NCBI GenBank assembly: GCA_001816585.1
Contig: MHCJ01000003.1
Location: forward strand, 778,681-842,680
Length of the DNA: 64,000 bases
Direction of reading: 5' to 3'
Origin: Candidatus Chisholmbacteria bacterium RIFCSPHIGHO2_01_FULL_52_32
GTDB lineage: Bacteria > Patescibacteriota > Microgenomatia > UBA1400 > Chisholmbacteraceae
Below are positions 58,465 through 64,000 of the stretch, piece by piece. How positions within the stretch are numbered: position 1 is the stretch's first letter; every line of letters starts with the position of its first letter. Below the pieces are notes generated by a model that saw only the letters and a program-made list of their open reading frames with translations, was not told where the DNA came from and made no database searches. The translations under genes and the position numbers were made by a program.

Positions 58465-60570
58465 ATGCCTGAATTATTGAGCGTCTTTTTCTGGTGGGGT
58501 TTGATCTCTTTCCTTGGTGCCTTGGCTTTTCCGTTTACTTTTTGGTTGTTCCGTCGCTTTTGGGATGGGGGATGGGCACTGGCAAAGATCCTCGGTTTGG
58601 TCCTTTTAACCTATTGGACGTGGATTGTTGGGAGCTTGCGGATCCTTCCTTTTGGGCCGCTTTCTTTGTGGCTTGGCGTTGGTCTGCTTGGTTGGTTTTC
58701 TTTCCAAGTCTTCATGAGATCGATTGAGCCGATACGGACGTTTGTTCGCGACCATTTGTCCCTGATCTTGTTTGAAGAACTCCTGTTTGGTGTCGGTTTG
58801 CTTGGCTGGGCATGGATTCGGGCACATCAGCCGGATATTGAGGGTCTTGAAAAATTCATGGATTTTGGATTTGTCAACTCGATCCTGCGCTCCCGTTGGT
58901 TTCCCCCCTTGGACATGTGGCTTTCGGGCAATACCATCAACTACTACTACTTCGGCCATTTGGTGACGGCCGTTCTGACGAAGCTTTCCGGCTTTCCCTC
59001 TTTTCGGACCTACAATTTGATGATTGCCGCTCTTTTTTCCTTGACGCTTGTTTCCTCCTTCTCCATCGGAGGAGCACTTACCCGCACGTTTCTTCGCATC
59101 CGCGATGCGAAATCTTCCAGAGTGCTTGTATTTTTAGGAGCCATTATTTCTGCGGTGACCCTGACCTTGGCCGGAAATCTCCATACCATCATCACCGTTG
59201 TCAACAAAGGGGCTTCTTCGTACTGGTACCCTGACGCTACCCGCTATATCCCTTTCACGATCCACGAATTCCCGCTCTACAGTTTTGTTGTAGCTGACCT
59301 GCATGGCCATGTTTCAAATATCCCATTTGTTCTCCTCATGGTAGGGCTCATCTTCAGTTTTGGGATTGAATTGTCTTTGAAACGGTTTTCCCTTCCTTTC
59401 TCCTCTTTCTTGCTCCGCTTACTGGCCATCGGGTTGACGACTGCCGTACTTTTCATGACGAACTCCCTGGATGCGCCGATTTACTTCTTGCTCTTTATTG
59501 TCGCTTTAGTGAGTTCGGGTCCGCGTCTTTCTTTTTTACGACGCTCTGCCTCAATCATCTTCGTTTCGTTTTACGTCGTGCTGATTTCTGCTTTTCTTTT
59601 TTCTCTCCCCTTTTCTCTCCGGTTTCATCCGTTTGCTCAAGGCATTGCGTTGGTGACTACTCGCTCATCTCCCCGTCAGCTTGGCGTCCTTTGGGGGTTT
59701 TTTCTCCTTGTTGCCTTTGTTTTTCTCTCTTCCTTTATCCGTCATCCCAACCGATATTTTCCAGATCGCCCTTCCGGTCCGGCGCGCCGGTTTCTCCTGA
59801 GTCTTCTCGGAGTTTCCTTGATTCTGGTTGTCCTTCCCGAGGTCATCTATATCAAGGATATCTACGTTGCTGAGTACTATCGAGCAAATACCATGTTTAA
59901 ACTGGCGTATCAGGCCTTCATCATGATGGCCCTTGTTACCGGGCCAGTTTTTTCCGGTTTGCTCTGGAATCTTTGGACAGCGAGGGGGCGAGGGCTTCGT
60001 TTCTCCCTGCTTGCGGTCGTTTTCGTGTTTCTCTTTGGCCTCGGCAGTGTCGTCTCCTATCCTTACTTTGCAATACGCTCTTACTACAGTTCCCTCAAGC
60101 ATTTCCGCGGACTTGACGGTCTTGCCTGGCTCTCCGCAAAGTACCCAAATGATGCCCAAGCCATAGACTGGTTACGGGAGAACGTCGAGGGGCAACCCGT
60201 TATTCTCGAAGCTGTGGGAGAAAGTTATACGAACTTCGCCCGGGTTTCGGCGAACACGGGCCTGCCGACAATCCTGGGCTGGCGGGTTCATGAGTGGTTA
60301 TGGCGAGGGAGTTTTGACGAAGCCGGTCTTCGAACAAACGTCGTTTCAACGATGTACACGTCAGTCGATTCGCTTGAAGTTTGTCGACTTATCGATCGCT
60401 ATGACGTGGACTATGTCTTTGTGGGAACCCTGGAAAGGAGTCAGTATCCCACGCTTTCCGAAGCGGTTTTTGAGCGACTTGGTACGTCCGTTTTTACTTC
60501 TGGAGATACCCGAGTATACCGGATCCGCAAGCCGTGTCGATCCCTGTCTTTTCATCTTCATCGGGCCTGA
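58465..60570 (+). CDS. DUF2298 / YYY-family membrane protein (probable GT-C fold)
   Basis: GLEKFMDFGF, INYYYFGH, TIHEFPLYSFVVADLHGH, RANTMFK, GLPTILGW..HE.LWRG. Confidence 0.88.
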   Translation: MPELLSVFFWWGLISFLGALAFPFTFWLFRRFWDGGWALAKILGLVLLTYWTWIVGSLRILPFGPLSLWLGVGLLGWFSFQVFMRSIEPIRTFVRDHLSLILFEELLFGVGLLGWAWIRAHQPDIEGLEKFMDFGFVNSILRSRWFPPLDMWLSGNTINYYYFGHLVTAVLTKLSGFPSFRTYNLMIAALFSLTLVSSFSIGGALTRTFLRIRDAKSSRVLVFLGAIISAVTLTLAGNLHTIITVVNKGASSYWYPDATRYIPFTIHEFPLYSFVVADLHGHVSNIPFVLLMVGLIFSFGIELSLKRFSLPFSSFLLRLLAIGLTTAVLFMTNSLDAPIYFLLFIVALVSSGPRLSFLRRSASIIFVSFYVVLISAFLFSLPFSLRFHPFAQGIALVTTRSSPRQLGVLWGFFLLVAFVFLSSFIRHPNRYFPDRPSGPARRFLLSLLGVSLILVVLPEVIYIKDIYVAEYYRANTMFKLAYQAFIMMALVTGPVFSGLLWNLWTARGRGLRFSLLAVVFVFLFGLGSVVSYPYFAIRSYYSSLKHFRGLDGLAWLSAKYPNDAQAIDWLRENVEGQPVILEAVGESYTNFARVSANTGLPTILGWRVHEWLWRGSFDEAGLRTNVVSTMYTSVDSLEVCRLIDRYDVDYVFVGTLERSQYPTLSEAVFERLGTSVFTSGDTRVYRIRKPCRSLSFHLHRA

Positions 60571-61631
60571 TAGAAGAACCTCTCAATATAGGTGTGTATC
60601 TCCTCCCAACCATTGCGGCCGATGAGCACCCATTGTCCATTGTAGTTTGCCAGTGGCGGATGAATGAGAAGTCCCGGCTTTCCCGCTTCTTTATCTTCTT
60701 CTTCGATTACCCCATGACGGATATGTTCAGCCTGTGTTTTGAGGGCGAGTTTGGCCAGACTGACGTATTCCGTTTCCGAAAGATCGGTCTTTACTGTCCC
60801 TGAGAATGTCTGCATGAGCTGCCTGACCTTCGTTGGAGAAAGGAGTGTATCCAGAGACAATATCTTGTTTTTAAAGGCAATGAGTACCTCTCGCTGGCGG
60901 CGGGAGCGGGCAAAATCCGTGCCTTCTTCTCCTTCGGCATTGCGCGACCTGACATATTTTAAGGCTCTCTCCCCGCTCAATTCTTGGAGTCCTTTGTCGA
61001 AGTGAAGGTGTTCGTAGCGTAAATCCTCTGGCTCAGCCTCCTCCATTCCGGGAATGGGATATTTGTAGTCGTCAAAGCTCCGGGGAACATCAATCTCAAT
61101 TCCCCCCACCAAATCGATCGCGGTTTTGAACCCGTCAAAGTCGATTGCCACCGCGTAATGAATGGGTTCTCCTATCACTTCCTCGGCAGCTGATTTTGCT
61201 AAGATGAGTCCACCTCCCTGCCTCTTTTGCTCTCCGAAGAAATAGGTGGCGTTGATCTTTGTTTTGAGTGAGTCGATCCAAATGTCTCTGGGGATCGAGA
61301 GCAAGGCGGTGTCAGCTGATTTGAGATCAATGGATAACACGATGATCGAGTCCGTTAACTCCGGTCCTTCGTGATTTGCCCCACCCATCCCGAGAAGTAA
61401 GATGTTGGTCCTGCCTTTGGTTGTTTGCAACACCGCTTGCGGGTCCCTGACGAGTGAGAAGGCTGCTTGGGGTCCTCGGAGAAGACTTCTTGCTACGGTA
61501 AGCAGGGGCCGTACTGCTTGGACGATTGAAATCACCGCGATCGCTCCGATTGTTACCAGCAGGACAGCTCGTACGACACTGCGATGTTTCGTTAAGCGAC
61601 GTTTGATTTTTGCGAGGAAGTGGTAATCCAT
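60558..61631 (-). CDS. LytR-CpsA-Psr (LCP) family phosphotransferase
   Basis: NILLLG, TDSIIV, SIPRD, KINA, ALKYVRSR, DFARSRRQ. Confidence 0.95.
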   Translation of the reverse strand: MDYHFLAKIKRRLTKHRSVVRAVLLVTIGAIAVISIVQAVRPLLTVARSLLRGPQAAFSLVRDPQAVLQTTKGRTNILLLGMGGANHEGPELTDSIIVLSIDLKSADTALLSIPRDIWIDSLKTKINATYFFGEQKRQGGGLILAKSAAEEVIGEPIHYAVAIDFDGFKTAIDLVGGIEIDVPRSFDDYKYPIPGMEEAEPEDLRYEHLHFDKGLQELSGERALKYVRSRNAEGEEGTDFARSRRQREVLIAFKNKILSLDTLLSPTKVRQLMQTFSGTVKTDLSETEYVSLAKLALKTQAEHIRHGVIEEEDKEAGKPGLLIHPPLANYNGQWVLIGRNGWEEIHTYIERFFYQAR

Positions 61632-62348
61632 TTACGAAGAATTGTTTGATGCAATTCGGTTTGCCGCAATGACCATTCTGATCCACTCAGGCGCATTGAG
61701 GCTTGCCGATCCAGGGAGCACTCCGTCAATTCCTGGATCATCAAGGAATCTTCCAATGTTGGCTGCTTTGACACTTCCGCCGTAGATCACCGCTATGGCT
61801 TGGGTTTCATCTCTGATTGACGCAATCATCCGTTTTACTTCTTTAAGGGGGGCAGGTGTTCCTTTCCCGATTGGACCGAGTTGCTGGCTGATTGCTTCCG
61901 GGGGCTCGTACATAAAGATCGAATTCTTCCGGGCTTCTTCATCGAGAGCGATGACCTGTTGCCGCCAGTTATCTCGATCCACCGAAACGATCGGGGTTAA
62001 GCCATTGTCGAGTGCTTGGAGCACCTTTTGGGCGACCACCACTGCTGATTCGTGAAAGTAGCGTCTCCGTTCGGAATGTCCGACGATCACGTACTGTGTA
62101 AGTCCTCGCACCATTCGTGCGGTGATCTCGCCGGTGTAGGCTCCGTCTGCGTAGGGTGAAATGTCCTGGCAGCCCAGGAGAAGTCCAGGAAACTCTTGTC
62201 TCAGAAGGTTCAGGTGGATGAAAGGTGGACAGAGGATGACTTTTAACCCTTCCTCGATCCTGAGGTTTTCCCTCTTTACCTGTTTAATCCAGGTTTGCGC
62301 TTCTTCTTCAGTCTTGTTGGCTTTCCAGTTCCCGATGAGGTATTTCAT
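61632..62348 (-). CDS. tpiA: Triosephosphate isomerase, atypical loops (start 62348 or 62363)
   Basis: GNWK, GAYTGE, GHSERR, YEP, IYGGSV. Confidence 0.92.
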   Translation of the reverse strand: MKYLIGNWKANKTEEEAQTWIKQVKRENLRIEEGLKVILCPPFIHLNLLRQEFPGLLLGCQDISPYADGAYTGEITARMVRGLTQYVIVGHSERRRYFHESAVVVAQKVLQALDNGLTPIVSVDRDNWRQQVIALDEEARKNSIFMYEPPEAISQQLGPIGKGTPAPLKEVKRMIASIRDETQAIAVIYGGSVKAANIGRFLDDPGIDGVLPGSASLNAPEWIRMVIAANRIASNNSS

Positions 62349-62408
62349 AACGGCAAGTACCATTGCGGAGATCTCATGCGAAATACCCGTTTCTTTCGCC
62401 TGTTTCCG

Positions 62409-62424
62409 TGATACGATTCTACCA
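62409..62424. promoter_or_regulatory. Overlapping divergent extended -10 elements for pcrA (+) and tpiA (-)
   Basis: Plus TGA-TACGAT (62412-62417); minus TGG-TAGAAT (62421-62416). Confidence 0.5.
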
Positions 62425-64000
62425 TGGCCTCAGGGTTACTCAAAGCGCTCAACCGCGAACAGCGGGCGGCGGTGGCTTTTGAGGGTGGACCGCTGCTTAT
62501 TCTTGCGGGGGCGGGGAGCGGAAAGACCCGTGCGATTGTGTACCGGGTGGCCTATCTTATGAAAGAGCGAGGCGTTGATCCTTCCTCTATCCTTCTGACG
62601 ACGTTTACCAATAAAGCAGCTTCAGAAATGCGTGAACGGCTGGTGAAACTCGTCGGCACTGCTCCCCCCTTCACGGGAACGTTTCATTCGCTGTGCGCAA
62701 AGATCCTGCGCGAACACGGAACGTTGGTCGGGATTTCTCCGTCTTACGTGATTTACGATGAGAACGATCAGGAAGACGTTGTGAAGCAGGCGCTTACAAG
62801 CCTTGATCTTTCCGCGCGAGACTACAATCCCCGGTCGGTGCTGGGAGCGATCAGCTCAGCGAAAAATGAGCTCATCGGTCCAACCGCATATCCGCAATAT
62901 GCCCGCGGCCATTGGCAGGAAACTGTATCGCGAATTTACCTTGCGTACCAGAAACTTCTGCGACAGAGCGAGGCTTTGGATTTTGACGATCTTCTGATGG
63001 AAACCGTCCGACTGTTTCAGAAGCAACCGGCGCTTCTTTCTCAGATCCAACATCGATTCCGTCATATCCTCGTCGATGAATATCAAGATACCAATCATGC
63101 GCAATACGTTTTGACCAAGCTCCTGGCCGGAAAGTGGCGCAATCTCTGCTGCGTGGGTGATTTTTCACAGTCAATTTACATGTGGAGGGGTGCGGATTTT
63201 CGAAACCTCATGAAACTTCAGCAGGATTTTCCCGATCTTACCGTCGTCAATCTCGAACAGAACTACCGGTCAACCCAGATCATATTGGATGCAGCATCGG
63301 GAGTGATCTCCCATAACAAAACCCATCCGATCCTCCAGTTGTGGACAACGCGGAAGGGCGGAGAAAAGATCGTGGTGTATGAATCCCGCGACGAAAAAGA
63401 GGAGGCAGGCTTTGTTCTTGCAATAGTCTCTTCGCTTTCCCGCTCCAATCCTTCGTATTCCTTCAAAGATTTTGCGGTTCTCTATCGAACCAATGCCCAA
63501 TCGCGCGCTCTTGAAGAGGCGTTCATTCGGGCCGGCGTTCCGTATGTTCTGGTCGGAGGAACGCGGTTTTATGAACGGAGAGAGATCAAGGACTGCTTGG
63601 CTCTGCTGCGGGTTCTTTATAATCCGAAGGACCTCGTCAGTTATCGAAGGATAGAAAAGTTGGGGAAGGGAAGGTTGAATACATTCCTTACCTTTGCCAA
63701 AGTGTTTGAGGACAAGGAAAAGTATGCCTCTGCATCTACCCTTGATCTTTTGGATCAGGTCTTGGAGGCTACCGGCTATCTTGACCTGTATAATCCTAAG
63801 GATGAGGAGGGCCTTTCCCGGCTTGAGAACATCAAGGAGTTGCGTAGCGTTGCCGCGGAATTCCCATCAATCAGTGAGTTTTTAGAAAACGTCGCGCTTG
63901 TCGAGCAAGAACATCTTCCCGACCATCCGGCGAATTCTCAGAAGAAGCGGAATGCCGTCACCTTTATGACCCTTCATGCAGCAAAAGGCTTGGAATTTCC
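62424..64000 (+). CDS. pcrA: UvrD/PcrA helicase, 3' end beyond the window
   Basis: Manual translation: LNREQ...ILAGAGSGKT, TFTNKAA, GTFHS, VDEYQDTN, LEQNYRST, MTLHAAKGLEF. Confidence 0.96.
   Translation, partial: MASGLLKALNREQRAAVAFEGGPLLILAGAGSGKTRAIVYRVAYLMKERGVDPSSILLTTFTNKAASEMRERLVKLVGTAPPFTGTFHSLCAKILREHGTLVGISPSYVIYDENDQEDVVKQALTSLDLSARDYNPRSVLGAISSAKNELIGPTAYPQYARGHWQETVSRIYLAYQKLLRQSEALDFDDLLMETVRLFQKQPALLSQIQHRFRHILVDEYQDTNHAQYVLTKLLAGKWRNLCCVGDFSQSIYMWRGADFRNLMKLQQDFPDLTVVNLEQNYRSTQIILDAASGVISHNKTHPILQLWTTRKGGEKIVVYESRDEKEEAGFVLAIVSSLSRSNPSYSFKDFAVLYRTNAQSRALEEAFIRAGVPYVLVGGTRFYERREIKDCLALLRVLYNPKDLVSYRRIEKLGKGRLNTFLTFAKVFEDKEKYASASTLDLLDQVLEATGYLDLYNPKDEEGLSRLENIKELRSVAAEFPSISEFLENVALVEQEHLPDHPANSQKKRNAVTFMTLHAAKGLEF

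Overview
Core-genome window from a bacterium using genetic code 11. Gene content and protein forms point to Patescibacteria/CPR, most likely Microgenomates (inference from the short IF-2, AlaRS without C-Ala, degenerate DHH protein, FtsA-like/baseplate-J-like membrane protein and short-2B PcrA). 1-48 kb is almost entirely minus-strand housekeeping: the S10/spc ribosomal protein genes, tuf, fusA, rpsG, rpsL, rpoBC, mltG, yqgF, sortase, alaS, ftsK, rnj, UDG, pnp, rpsO, infB, nusA, the hrcA-grpE-dnaK-dnaJ operon with CIRCE, lepA and murJ. 48-64 kb is a cell-surface block: rpsT, PilN/PilO-like genes, a probable sortase substrate, an FAD oxidoreductase, two paralogous GT-C glycosyltransferases, GT4, a HAD enzyme, DUF2298/YYY, LCP, tpiA and partial pcrA. 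I saw no tRNA, rRNA, CRISPR array, transposase or prophage. The best leads are: (i) a GT-C/DUF2298 surface-glycosylation locus next to a Pro/Thr-rich protein with an atypical LPVPG sorting signal; (ii) a stand-alone Lon AAA+ module with no protease domain, inside an RNA-decay gene run; (iii) tiny nested REP-like elements and recurring 7-bp-period tracts, one supplying the L5 stop codon and one in frame inside lepA; (iv) a cysteine-free family-4 UDG with a clamp-binding tail; (v) NusA with an alpha-CTD-like tail; (vi) a TIM with a remodelled lid; (vii) several candidate structured leader RNAs. All calls come from reading motifs by eye; no database searches were run.
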